DNA of 64,000 nucleotides. Source: a virus. Taxonomy: Duplodnaviria > Caudoviricetes. Positions 55,418 through 64,000 of this stretch are shown piece by piece. The position numbers and the translations under genes were made by a program. The DNA is taken from the IMG/VR virus record IMGVR_UViG_3300005323_000003, positions 355 through 64,354 of that record; one strand, written 5' to 3'. Positions within the stretch are counted from its first letter, which is position 1. Each line of letters begins with the position of its first letter. A model generated the notes under the pieces. It worked only from the letters and a program-made list of their open reading frames with translations, searched no databases and was not told where the DNA came from.

Positions 55418-55753
55418 GTCTTTTCTCCTTTATTATTTCCAGTAATTACATTTGTTTAACATTATAACTTATTGTTATAATTCGGAAGGTGCGGTTTTGA
55501 ATCTATTTTGCTGCTTTCCCGCCCGGATTGCTGGCCCTATAGAGGATGGCCGCACCGGCTTTAGGCTTCCAGTTTGATGATTACTACCGCGCTGTTTTCT
55601 ACATATGTAACTGCGTCTATGTTTCCCTGGTCGCCGCCTATTGTCTGCCCTGATATCCTTATCAAAATTACGGCATTAATAGGCTTTTCCTCCCTTCATA
55701 TATATTTCTTATTTGTAGTATTATAATAATTAGTTATAGAATTGAAGAGACAA

Positions 55754-55780
55754 AAATGCCCGGCAGTTAGCCGGGCATTT
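55754..55780 (-). terminator. Terminator after the repressor gene
   Basis: 11-bp stem AAATGCCCGGC/GCCGGGCATTT with a U tract on the minus strand. Confidence 0.75.
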
Positions 55781-56159
55781 ATTGTTTTTGATTTAATACA
55801 AGCATCATTTGACGGAGAGCTAATTCTGCAGCTTCGTTTGCTGTATCTTGCGTGATTTTTCCATCTGCAACTGCTTTTTGCAATGCTTTTTTTGCATCAT
55901 CCAGTATTCTTTCAACGTCTGATATTGTGTTTATGCCATGATCTTCGGCTATTTGTATTTCTATCTCGGGGCGGCCTAATAGATAGTCCGTCGTAACATT
56001 AAAGAAATTTGCAAGCTTTTTTAATGTTTCTATCCCTGGTTCATTATCACCTTTTTCCCAAAAATAAACTGCTTGTTGAGACTTTCCTACAATTTCAGCT
56101 AATTCTTGCTGAGATAACCTTTTCTCATTTCTTAACTTTTTTAATATGTCACCAAACAT
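55779..56159 (-). CDS. CI-like XRE repressor
   Basis: LKKLRNEKRLSQQELAEIVGKSQQAVYFWEKGDNEPGIETLKKLANFFNVTTDYLLG. Confidence 0.9.
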   Translation of the reverse strand: MFGDILKKLRNEKRLSQQELAEIVGKSQQAVYFWEKGDNEPGIETLKKLANFFNVTTDYLLGRPEIEIQIAEDHGINTISDVERILDDAKKALQKAVADGKITQDTANEAAELALRQMMLVLNQKQ

Positions 56160-56229
56160 AATAACACCTCACTTTAATAATACAAGTACAATTTGTTAAA
56201 AACAAACAATAAAAATTAGTAAAAAACTA

Positions 56230-56258
56230 TTGACTACAACCTAAACTAGTTGTATCAT
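56230..56258 (+). promoter_or_regulatory. Early lytic promoter with a palindromic operator
   Basis: TTGACT-17bp-TATCAT; TACAAC-N8-GTTGTA at 56235-56254. Confidence 0.8.
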
Positions 56259-56291
56259 AATAACAAGCCCAAGTAGTTAGGAGGTGAACTT

Positions 56292-56522
56292 GTGAGAAAT
56301 AAACTTGTTGAATATAGGGGACCAAGAACACAAGAAATAATGGCTAAAATGTATAACGTTACTCAGCAAGCTTGGAGCAAATGGGAAAACGGGCAAGATA
56401 CGCCAAGACCAGCAATAATGTATCAGATTGCTAAAGACGCAGGAAGCACCATAGAAGCAATTTTTTTTGACGATAGCGACAATGAAAAATTGTTAGACGA
56501 ACTTAAAACAGGTACTGATTAA
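56292..56522 (+). CDS. Cro-like XRE regulator
   Basis: TQEIMAKMYNVTQQAWSKWENGQDTP; divergent from the repressor. Confidence 0.85.
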   Translation: MRNKLVEYRGPRTQEIMAKMYNVTQQAWSKWENGQDTPRPAIMYQIAKDAGSTIEAIFFDDSDNEKLLDELKTGTD

Positions 56523-56567
56523 TCTTAGTATTCTCCAAATCGGAAGATTTATGAAAGGAGCACTCAA

Positions 56568-57917
56568 ATGTCAGACAAAGAAATAATTAAACACGGATCT
56601 TTATTTGATGGCATTGGCGGCTTTCCTTTCTCTGCATCAAAGTATGGGATTAATCCGGTTTGGGCAAGCGAGATTGAACTATGGCCTATCAAAGTAACAC
56701 AAAATCATTTTCCTAACATGAAGCATTTAGGAGATATAACCAAAATTAACGGCGCAGATATAGAACCGGTTGACATTATAACTTTCGGGAGTCCTTGTCA
56801 AGATTTAAGTGTTGCCGGGAAAAGAGCAGGACTGGAGGGACAACGAAGTGGATTGTTCATGGACGCAATTAGGATTATTCGAGAAATGCGATCATCAACC
56901 GGAGGAAAATATCCCCGATTTGCAGTTTGGGAAAACGTCCCTGGAGCATTCAGCAGTAACAACGGTCAAGATTTCCGGGCAGTCCTCGAAGAAATCACAG
57001 AGGCCGAAATTCCAATGCCTGTGTCTGGACACTACAACAAATACAAAGAATGGTGTATTGAATGGGCAGAGGCAGGAATGGTCAGAACTGAGTCAATTGA
57101 CGTTGCTTGGAGAACTCTTGATGCCCAGTATTGGGGTGTCCCCCAGAGACGTAAAAGAATCTTTCTTGTCGCAGATTTTGGAGGCCAATGTGCCGGAGAA
57201 ATACTTTTTGTCGAAGAAGGCTTGCGAGGGCATTTTGCGGAGAGCCGAAAAGCGAGGGAAGAAGTTGCCGCCACAATTGGAGATGGCATTGAGAAGTCAA
57301 TCGCAATAGATGTTTATAATTTTACTGAAACGGGCAATATAGCTGCTTGTTTTAATGCAAATAGTGGTTGTTCGCCAACCCACTCAGGACCAATGTTAAT
57401 GCAAGCCATCGGCTTCGATAATCAAACAGGTCAATCGGAGGGCATCGAGGTCAGTCCGTCAGTACGGAGCGAGTCACATGGTAGCTTGCCGTGTGTAGCA
57501 AGCCCCAAAACAACGAACAAAGTCTGCGGGTGCTTAAGCTGTGGAGCACACCCTGGAGGATTAAATGGGCAGGATGCTTATAATCATCTCAGTGGAAAAA
57601 TAACAGGGGCGCTTGATACATGCCGGCCGCAAGCACAATGCATAGCTTATCCAGATCCGGTAAACACATTACTAGCAAAAAGTAATTTATCTCATAGGGG
57701 AGATACAGATAACGTGGTTATGACTCATTACGCCGTCCGCAGGCTTACTCCCTTAGAATGCCTGAGACTCCAAGGCTACCCCGACTGGTGGTTGGACATC
57801 GAGGGAATGAGTGATTCAGCAAAGTATAAGGCGGTCGGAAATTCGGTAGCCATACCTTGCGTTGACTTCGTGATGAGCGGTATATCAAGAGTTTTATGGA
57901 AAGGAGCACTCAAATGA
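56568..57917 (+). CDS. DNA (cytosine-5) methyltransferase
   Basis: LFDGIGG, FGSPCQDLS, WENVPG, QRRKRIFLV, RRLTPLECLRLQGYPD, GNSV. Confidence 0.95.
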   Translation: MSDKEIIKHGSLFDGIGGFPFSASKYGINPVWASEIELWPIKVTQNHFPNMKHLGDITKINGADIEPVDIITFGSPCQDLSVAGKRAGLEGQRSGLFMDAIRIIREMRSSTGGKYPRFAVWENVPGAFSSNNGQDFRAVLEEITEAEIPMPVSGHYNKYKEWCIEWAEAGMVRTESIDVAWRTLDAQYWGVPQRRKRIFLVADFGGQCAGEILFVEEGLRGHFAESRKAREEVAATIGDGIEKSIAIDVYNFTETGNIAACFNANSGCSPTHSGPMLMQAIGFDNQTGQSEGIEVSPSVRSESHGSLPCVASPKTTNKVCGCLSCGAHPGGLNGQDAYNHLSGKITGALDTCRPQAQCIAYPDPVNTLLAKSNLSHRGDTDNVVMTHYAVRRLTPLECLRLQGYPDWWLDIEGMSDSAKYKAVGNSVAIPCVDFVMSGISRVLWKGALK

Positions 57918-58141
57918 AAAAACTTCCCCGCCCAGTAATAACCAGCCCGGAACAATTACCCATTGTCCTCGAAACCAAAGATGTTAAAGATATCATGCGC
58001 TGCTGCACCGCAAAAGCCCTGGAGATCATCAAAACCGGGTATGAACAAAAGCAATTTGCTGTTATCTACTCCGGCAAATGTCCAAAGATTAATCGAGATA
58101 GCTTTTTGGAATGGCTTAGGACTTCTCACTTAGCCGGGTAA
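57914..58141 (+). CDS. Excisionase-like HTH protein
   Basis: LPIVLETKDVKDIM...KINRDSFLEWL; ATGA overlap with the MTase. Confidence 0.65.
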   Translation: MKKLPRPVITSPEQLPIVLETKDVKDIMRCCTAKALEIIKTGYEQKQFAVIYSGKCPKINRDSFLEWLRTSHLAG

Positions 58142-58186
58142 TTACCCCTAATTCCCCATTACATAACCAAGGAAGGAGGGTATTGC

Positions 58187-58363
58187 ATGTACAAGAAACT
58201 GGTTGACAAGTGCGCTAAAAACGATGCGTGGGCAGATGGAATCATGTGGTTTGGAATCGTCGGTGTTGTTCTTATCGGCTTTGCAGGGACAAAAAACTTT
58301 GTTCACAGTGTCGGCGCATTTATGGTTATCTATGGTTCTTGCTTACTGGTAAGAGAATTATAA
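58187..58363 (+). CDS. Small two-TM protein (58 aa)
   Basis: RBS GGAAGGAGG; two hydrophobic helices. Confidence 0.6.
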   Translation: MYKKLVDKCAKNDAWADGIMWFGIVGVVLIGFAGTKNFVHSVGAFMVIYGSCLLVREL

Positions 58364-58376
58364 AAAAAATAGGGGG

Positions 58377-59105
58377 ATGGGTTTAATGGAAAAGGGAAAA
58401 GTTAAAAGCTTCCAGATAGCTAAGGTACAAAAGGATTACGACAACAGCGATCAGTCAATTGATATCTCGTTGGAAAAGCGAGTTCTGGAATTATATCTTA
58501 AAAACTTTAAGGATGGCATTATATCACCAGATTATTGTATCGAACTTATAAGCAGAGCTTCCGAGGCCGAGGCTGAGAACGAAATTCTTAGGCAAAAAGT
58601 TGAGGAACAGGAAAGGGAAATTGATGTTTTATGCGATGCCGTGACCGAACTGCAGAGCGTCGCAGAACCAAAGGTAAACGTCAATGTCTACACGATACCG
58701 ACCAAGGAACCGGAGGAACGCCAGGACGAAGAACAAGCAGAATATCGCGATCACAAGTTTCAACCCGGCGACAAGGTAGGGATTTATTCTGCGCAGGAAA
58801 TTATTGAAAAGAACATCCCAATCAATCTTGAAATCAGTGCTACATTTCTGCCTCCCATGAAAGAATATCTGGGACTCAAAGGATATGTTATTGAAAAATA
58901 TTTTCCTGAAGATCACAGCTATTTGCTTGATGGGACCCTATATGTATGGCCCGGTTCCGTTCTCTATCTCTGCGAAGATGAAACCGACGAGAACCTTTAC
59001 CACAACGTCAGTGTGGCTTACCAGCTCAACTATATTAAAAACATCTTGTCCAATCAAAAAACGGAGATTGATAGCTGCCTGGATGTAATCAACCAAATTC
59101 TATAA
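58377..59105 (+). CDS. Hypothetical protein (coiled coil plus C-terminal domain)
   Basis: 242-aa ORF. Confidence 0.65.
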   Translation: MGLMEKGKVKSFQIAKVQKDYDNSDQSIDISLEKRVLELYLKNFKDGIISPDYCIELISRASEAEAENEILRQKVEEQEREIDVLCDAVTELQSVAEPKVNVNVYTIPTKEPEERQDEEQAEYRDHKFQPGDKVGIYSAQEIIEKNIPINLEISATFLPPMKEYLGLKGYVIEKYFPEDHSYLLDGTLYVWPGSVLYLCEDETDENLYHNVSVAYQLNYIKNILSNQKTEIDSCLDVINQIL

Positions 59106-59265
59106 GGAGTGATTTTTACCGCCTCTGCGAACTTGGGGCTGTCCACAAAGGCGGCAACCGGGGGATAAGGCAAGGGAAGGGGGCTGATATAAAAGGAAGG
59201 ATTATTAAAGTGAGGGAGGGTTGTTTAACTGGTTTAATTATCCAACAGGGAAGGAGGGTTGAAAA

Positions 59266-59550
59266 GTGCCGAAAAATGACCCCTTCACAATCTCGCTGAA
59301 AGAAGACATAAAGCACAGCGGACATACATTACCGGGGGCGGCAGAAGCAATAAACAAAAGTTGGAGCCAATTCAGGCGAGAGATAAGAGGGAAAACAAAA
59401 ATTGGAATTATGCCGGTGGAAACAGTAGCAGCATTGAAGCAAGAGGAATGCATAAGCGAAGAGACAGTGCTGTTGTGGTTCGAGGAAGTAAGGTCAGAAC
59501 TTAGGTTCAAGGGCAAAAAGAAAGACCGCACAAATGTAGCGGCCAGATGA
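59266..59550 (+). CDS. Hypothetical protein
   Basis: RBS GGAAGGAGG. Confidence 0.6.
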   Translation: MPKNDPFTISLKEDIKHSGHTLPGAAEAINKSWSQFRREIRGKTKIGIMPVETVAALKQEECISEETVLLWFEEVRSELRFKGKKKDRTNVAAR

Positions 59551-59595
59551 AAATTATTAACACCAAAAGTATAGCACAGGAAAGGAGATAGGGCA

Positions 59596-59898
59596 ATGTT
59601 TACACCGGGACCATGGAATATAAACACAGAATCAAGCAATGGAGACGTATGGATCACCGATAGTGACGATAACGTGGCAATAGCCAAAGTCACGCAATAC
59701 AAATGCTGCAAGAATCTGCAAGAAGGAAATTCTCGGCTTATGGTTTCTGCCCCCGATATGTATGACGCATTAAAACTTGCAGATGGATTTTTGGATGAAA
59801 TAAATTCAAGCGGCCATAAAGTAGCCAGTTTTAAGGGGAGTACTTGGCAGATTATAAAGGCGGCTATTGCAAAAGTAGAGGGGAGGCAACCGGAATGA
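59596..59898 (+). CDS. Conserved phage protein
   Basis: FTPGPW...NSRLMVSAPDMYDAL. Confidence 0.7.
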   Translation: MFTPGPWNINTESSNGDVWITDSDDNVAIAKVTQYKCCKNLQEGNSRLMVSAPDMYDALKLADGFLDEINSSGHKVASFKGSTWQIIKAAIAKVEGRQPE

Positions 59899-60128
59899 AC
59901 GACCTCATGGTGGAAAAACCAATGATCATGCCGCAAGAAACGGTTGGCTTAGCTCAGGAATCCTTTGGCGAAAAGATACGCGCCTATAACGAGGCCATTG
60001 ACTTGCTGGACGACGTAGCCGAAAAAATCTGTTTCCCCCACGCGGATATTTACCGGGCTGAGATATATCGGATGCAAAGACGGATGCAGGACGAGGTTTT
60101 CAGATTGGAGGATGGCCATGAGCAATAA
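59895..60128 (+). CDS. Hypothetical coiled-coil protein
   Basis: ATGA overlap; RBS GGGAGG. Confidence 0.55.
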   Translation: MNDLMVEKPMIMPQETVGLAQESFGEKIRAYNEAIDLLDDVAEKICFPHADIYRAEIYRMQRRMQDEVFRLEDGHEQ

Positions 60129-60330
60129 ATACCTTGAAAACATCGGCGCAAACTGCAACAACTGCGGAAACCGGGGTGTTAAGGGTAAATGCAACCAGAA
60201 GTGCATAAATAATGACAGTCGCCCTGGTTGGGACCCGGCACCGGGAATAAAAGTAACCGAACATATAGTCTGGCACGGAAACCAGAGAGGGTTTGCCAGG
60301 CAGGTAGTTGAGGAAAGCGAGGCGGTATAG
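60112..60330 (+). CDS. Small Cys-containing protein
   Basis: CNNCG...CNQKC. Confidence 0.55.
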   Translation: MAMSNKYLENIGANCNNCGNRGVKGKCNQKCINNDSRPGWDPAPGIKVTEHIVWHGNQRGFARQVVEESEAV

Positions 60331-61008
60331 ATGAACGCATCGGCTCAGCTCATGCAACCGCCATACATTGATTACTTTACCCGCGAGGCATGGCTAAAAT
60401 CCAGAACCGGGATAGGTGGCTCTGATGCATCGGCCATATTGGGGATGAACCCATACAAAACCAATATAGAAGTATGGCAGGAAAAGACTGGACGCATAAT
60501 ACCGGAAGATATTAGCCATAAATTATATGTAAAGTACGGCATCGAAGCTGAGCCTCATTTAACCGCTTTATTTGCTCTTGACTATCCAAAGTATAGGGTG
60601 GAAGCAAATAACACGTACAGAGTCTATTATCACCCGATATACAGATTTTTAACCGTTACTTTGGATGCTGAGTTAATGGAGATAGAAACATTACGACTGG
60701 GCGTTTTAGAGGACAAAACAACCGAAATTTTAAACTCTATGCACAGGGAAAAGTGGAATGACCAGATCCCACAAAACTATTACATCCAATGCATTCACGA
60801 GCTACTTGTTACCGGTTGGGACTTTGTAGTGCTAAAGGCTCAGCTTAAGACGGTATATGACGAAGAAGTTAGGCTGAACACTCGTCATTATCACATCGAA
60901 CGAAAAGACGTTAAGGAAGATTTGGAGTATTTGCAGGAGCAGGAAGTTAAATTCTGGTGGTATGTGGAGCATGACAAGAAGCCTCCACTTGCACTTCCAG
61001 AAATATAG
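60331..61008 (+). CDS. YqaJ-like viral recombinase exonuclease
   Basis: WLKSRTGIGGSDASAILGMNPYKT...YGIEAE...LDAE...LEDKT...YYIQCIH. Confidence 0.9.
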   Translation: MNASAQLMQPPYIDYFTREAWLKSRTGIGGSDASAILGMNPYKTNIEVWQEKTGRIIPEDISHKLYVKYGIEAEPHLTALFALDYPKYRVEANNTYRVYYHPIYRFLTVTLDAELMEIETLRLGVLEDKTTEILNSMHREKWNDQIPQNYYIQCIHELLVTGWDFVVLKAQLKTVYDEEVRLNTRHYHIERKDVKEDLEYLQEQEVKFWWYVEHDKKPPLALPEI

Positions 61009-61026
61009 GAAGGGAGAGAAAACAGA

Positions 61027-61944
61027 ATGCCAATGGAACTGATAATTTACTCACCACAGGAAGATGGATTTCTGAAAGAGATAACTTTTAACCACGAGGA
61101 AATAAAAAATGAATTGGCTGAACGGCTGAAAAAGTACCAAAACCTTGTTTACAGCGGGGAAAACATTAAATCTGCTAAATCAGACCGGGCAAATTTGAAC
61201 GCTTTTAAAAATGCTCTTGAAGACCGCCGTATCCAGATTAAAAAACAATGCCTGGAACCATATGAGGAATTTGAACGCAAGATTAAGGACTTGGTCGCCA
61301 TGATCGATAAGCCAGTGCAGGCAATTGATACCCAGATTAAAAATTATGAGCAGTTAGTCAAGGACGAAAAAAAGACTGGCATAAAACTGTATTTTGACGA
61401 TAAAGTTGGAAACCTTGCCTCACTCATTACTTTTGAGAAAATATTCAATGACAAATGGCTGAACGCTACGTACAAGTCCAAAGACATCGAGAAGGAAATC
61501 ACCGACTTGTTCATTAAGGTTGAATCTGACCTGCGAGTTATTACCGAATTGCAGAGTGAACACGAGATTAACATCAAAGATGTTTATCTGAAAGCTTTTG
61601 ATCTAACCGCATCCCTGCAGGAAAAAACAAGGTTGGAAGAACAGGCCGCAAAACTGGCAGAACATAAACGGCAGCAGGAAGAGGCAAAGGTCAGAGCAAA
61701 GCAGGCATACGAAAGTAATCAGGCAAGTAGCGGGACGGTAAGCCAAACACCTATTGAAACAAATGTTAAGCCCGTAGAAGCGGGTCAGGCAGAATTTGAA
61801 ATGAAACCAGCAAACAAACCTGTAGCCGAACAATTAACCGTAATTGATTTTCGGGTATGGGCTACTAAAGACCAATTGAACGCATTGAAACAATTCTTGG
61901 TCAGCAATGGCATTAGGTACGGCAAAGTTCCAACACAACAATAG
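61027..61944 (+). CDS. DUF1351-like coiled-coil protein
   Basis: ITFNHEEIK...KSAKSDRANLN...RRIQIKKQCLEPYEEFE; typical neighbour of YqaJ/RecT. Confidence 0.7.
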   Translation: MPMELIIYSPQEDGFLKEITFNHEEIKNELAERLKKYQNLVYSGENIKSAKSDRANLNAFKNALEDRRIQIKKQCLEPYEEFERKIKDLVAMIDKPVQAIDTQIKNYEQLVKDEKKTGIKLYFDDKVGNLASLITFEKIFNDKWLNATYKSKDIEKEITDLFIKVESDLRVITELQSEHEINIKDVYLKAFDLTASLQEKTRLEEQAAKLAEHKRQQEEAKVRAKQAYESNQASSGTVSQTPIETNVKPVEAGQAEFEMKPANKPVAEQLTVIDFRVWATKDQLNALKQFLVSNGIRYGKVPTQQ

Positions 61945-61961
61945 AGAGGCGGTATGAGTTA

Positions 61962-62945
61962 ATGGCGGTAAACAATAGTTTAACAAAACAGCAACACCCA
62001 AAACCTAAATTCAGCGTTGTTATTCAGCAGGATGCATATAAAAATTTGGTAAATAACACCCTGGGAGATCCAAAGAGGGCGCAGCGTTTTATTGCTGCTG
62101 TTTCGAGTGCCGTTGCTGTTAACCCAGCATTGCAGGAATGCGAAGCCGGTTCTATTCTTTCTGGTGCTCTTTTAGGGGAAGCCTTAAACCTTTCCCCTTC
62201 GCCCCAACTTGGGCAGTATTATCTTGTTCCTTACAAAAAGAAAGACAAAGACGGCAATGTTGAAAGCGTAACCGCTCAATTCCAATTAGGATACAAAGGA
62301 TACCTACAGCTTGCTATTCGCTCCGGGTATTACAAAAAGATTAATGTTCTGGCTATCAAAGAAGGGGAACTGCTCAAATTTGATCCGCTTGAAGAAGTAA
62401 TCGAAGTAAAGTTGATTGAGGACGATGAAATCAGGGAGTCAACTCCAACAATTGGTTATTATGCCATGTTTGAATACCAGAACGGATTCAAAAAGGCTAT
62501 GTACTGGAGCAAAAACAAGATGCTCGACCACGCCGATAGATTCAGTCAAGCTTTCAGCAAAAATGCTGTTAAAGGGAAAAACCCTAAATATAACAAAGTA
62601 TCATTCGCTGATTTTGAGGCCGGTAAAGTAAATAAAGACGATTTATGGCTATATTCCAGTTTTTGGTACAAAAGTTTTGACGAAATGGCCTATAAAACCA
62701 TGCTACGACAGTTAATTTCTAAGTGGGGCATCATGTCAATTGAGCTTCAAACAGCCTTTGAAAAAGACGAAACCTTACTGCACGAGGATGGCAGTTACGA
62801 ATACGTTGATAACTCTGGCGACGTAATCCCTGGAGATAATTTTTCTAGTGAAAATCAAACCGTAATTGACGTACCGCCGCCAAACGCAGAATCACTAGAC
62901 AACAACGCCGAAGAAGAATTTTTTGATAACCAAGCCGGGGCCTAG
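61962..62945 (+). CDS. recT: RecT-family ssDNA annealing protein
   Basis: NPALQEC...LNLSPSPQLGQYYLVPY...QFQLGYKGYLQLAIRSG...FDEMAYKTMLRQL. Confidence 0.9.
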   Translation: MAVNNSLTKQQHPKPKFSVVIQQDAYKNLVNNTLGDPKRAQRFIAAVSSAVAVNPALQECEAGSILSGALLGEALNLSPSPQLGQYYLVPYKKKDKDGNVESVTAQFQLGYKGYLQLAIRSGYYKKINVLAIKEGELLKFDPLEEVIEVKLIEDDEIRESTPTIGYYAMFEYQNGFKKAMYWSKNKMLDHADRFSQAFSKNAVKGKNPKYNKVSFADFEAGKVNKDDLWLYSSFWYKSFDEMAYKTMLRQLISKWGIMSIELQTAFEKDETLLHEDGSYEYVDNSGDVIPGDNFSSENQTVIDVPPPNAESLDNNAEEEFFDNQAGA

Positions 62946-62984
62946 CTCCGGCAAGCCGGTCATAGCGGCCGAGGAATAGGAGGG

Positions 62985-63212
62985 TTGAAGATGGGAACAA
63001 TCAATGGTCGTATGTTATCAGAATCCGCATCTGAAAATGATTTTCAAAATAATTATGAAGCTGGACAAGATTACTGGCTTAGAAATTTATGCGATACATG
63101 TGAACAAGAAATGCCGATCTGTAATTCTTCTGCTTGGAAATACGGAAGAGGCAGAGGAAATGACAATATCAGGGAATGCAATGGATACCGCGAACGAAAG
63201 GAGGAATTATGA
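62985..63212 (+). CDS. Small Cys-containing protein
   Basis: NLCDTC...DNIRECNGY. Confidence 0.6.
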   Translation: MKMGTINGRMLSESASENDFQNNYEAGQDYWLRNLCDTCEQEMPICNSSAWKYGRGRGNDNIRECNGYRERKEEL

Positions 63213-63496
63213 TGTGGGTACGTTCACAAGATAAAAAATATTTGGTAAACGTTAATTTCACATGGATAAATAACATTTTCACCGTTATCGGTGACTTTAA
63301 TAACCTGGATGATACAACAGGGACACCTTTGGGCAAATACAATTCTGAGGAAGAGGCAGTCAAAGTCATGGATATGATTCAGGACCATATAGGCAATCTT
63401 GCGTATACACAGTTTTACAGCGAAAATATGGATTTTGTATCTCCATGCTTTCAAATGCCACCCGCCGGATTTTCAGAAAAGAAGGTGACTGAATGA
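63209..63496 (+). CDS. Conserved clostridial-phage protein
   Basis: MWVRSQDK...LGKYNSEEEAVKVMDMI; RBS GGAGG. Confidence 0.65.
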   Translation: MMWVRSQDKKYLVNVNFTWINNIFTVIGDFNNLDDTTGTPLGKYNSEEEAVKVMDMIQDHIGNLAYTQFYSENMDFVSPCFQMPPAGFSEKKVTE

Positions 63497-63858
63497 ACTG
63501 CCAAGACTGCAACAAGCTGAACTGCTTTGACTGTGCCGTCGAGCTTCGGGGGAAGTTGGAACAGACTAAAGCTGAAAACCGCACACTTAAAAAATCGTTT
63601 GAAGAATTTACCCCCGGTGGCAGTGAGTTTAGCAATGATCCTGGCCGTTGCATTCTTTGGATTAAGGATAGACTGAGTAGCTTAAACGAACAAGTTAAGG
63701 GCCGTAAAAAGGCAGAATCCGAACTTTCAACAACCAAGAAAGCCCTGGAACTGGCTTGTAAGTACATTCGCGAATATTCGCCGGGGTTGATTTGTGAACC
63801 GGTTAGGGATATGGCTTATTTCCTTCGGCAAGCCGCCGAGATTGGAGGCGATAAGTGA
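63493..63858 (+). CDS. Hypothetical protein
   Basis: 121 aa; ATGA overlap. Confidence 0.6.
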   Translation: MNCQDCNKLNCFDCAVELRGKLEQTKAENRTLKKSFEEFTPGGSEFSNDPGRCILWIKDRLSSLNEQVKGRKKAESELSTTKKALELACKYIREYSPGLICEPVRDMAYFLRQAAEIGGDK

Positions 63859-64000
63859 TGGCGCAAAAAGACATTGACGCATTCAATGAAAATTTTCCTT
63901 ACGGCATTCTTTATTTAGCATGGGACGGATTGAGAATAGCTCGTTTTAGGACAGACGATGAAATGAATTTAACTTTTGATGAATTGCGTACTTGCTATTC
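63858..64000 (+). CDS. Partial ORF running off the window end
   Basis: RBS GGAGG; MAQKDIDAFNENFPYGILYL... open to the end. Confidence 0.5.
   Translation, partial: MAQKDIDAFNENFPYGILYLAWDGLRIARFRTDDEMNLTFDELRTCY

Larger units (their letters stand above)
1..64000. mobile_element. Temperate phage genome (podovirus-like morphogenesis, Bacillota host), probably circularly permuted
   Basis: Terminase, portal, capsid, lysis, integrase, repressor and recombination genes are contiguous; no host housekeeping genes seen. Confidence 0.95.

Noticed and set aside
55561-55680. Possible 39-aa minus-strand ORF starting at ATT after a GGGAGG RBS
   Set aside because: Needs a rare start codon, and the nearby ATG is followed by a stop after one codon; insufficient support
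59112-59260. Tiny RBS-preceded ORFs (13-19 aa), and similar ones near 20277 and 20540
   Set aside because: Too short to support from sequence alone
1-64000. Diversity-generating retroelement or retron
   Set aside because: No reverse transcriptase motif (YxDD) in any ORF and no TR/VR pair with A-specific mismatches seen; repeats in 38616-40310 are protein-level FN3-like repeats
1-64000. CRISPR array or cas genes
   Set aside because: No repeat-spacer periodicity found by eye; the 23-bp and 31-bp repeats occur only twice each, in replication contexts
1-64000. Alternative genetic code
   Set aside because: Core genes are full length under the standard code and all three stop codons end genes

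Overview
The whole window is a temperate phage genome from a Bacillota (Firmicutes) host, inferred from GGAGG-type RBSs, sigmaA-type promoters and gene families. No host genes are recognisable. Gene order: early/replication genes (1-11.3 kb, +); an antisense accessory cassette (11.5-14.6 kb, -); a structured late leader, a RepL-like gene with iterons and the terminase genes (14.8-18.3 kb); about 5 kb of accessory ORFs; portal, scaffold, Mu-gpT-like capsid and decoration genes (23.8-33.5 kb); an acyltransferase moron; podovirus-type adaptor, nozzle, spike and ejection genes ending in a 2500-aa polyvalent protein (34.7-50.3 kb); an antirepressor island; a ComEA-like gene coupled to the lysis cassette; an apparently intact attP (3' half of tRNA-Lys(CTT) with arm repeats on both sides); then integrase, cI/cro switch, C5 methyltransferase and YqaJ/RecT genes. 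The intact attP and the early genes at both ends suggest a circularly permuted, excised or virion genome of at least 64 kb. The most unusual signals are (i) a membrane-anchored ComEA-like DNA receptor in the lysis operon, (ii) a pseudoknot just after a stop codon that separates two in-frame virion ORFs, (iii) a second RepL/iteron replicon, (iv) several structured late-operon RNA elements, and (v) the antisense small-gene cassette. All family assignments come from motif recognition by eye; no database searches were run.
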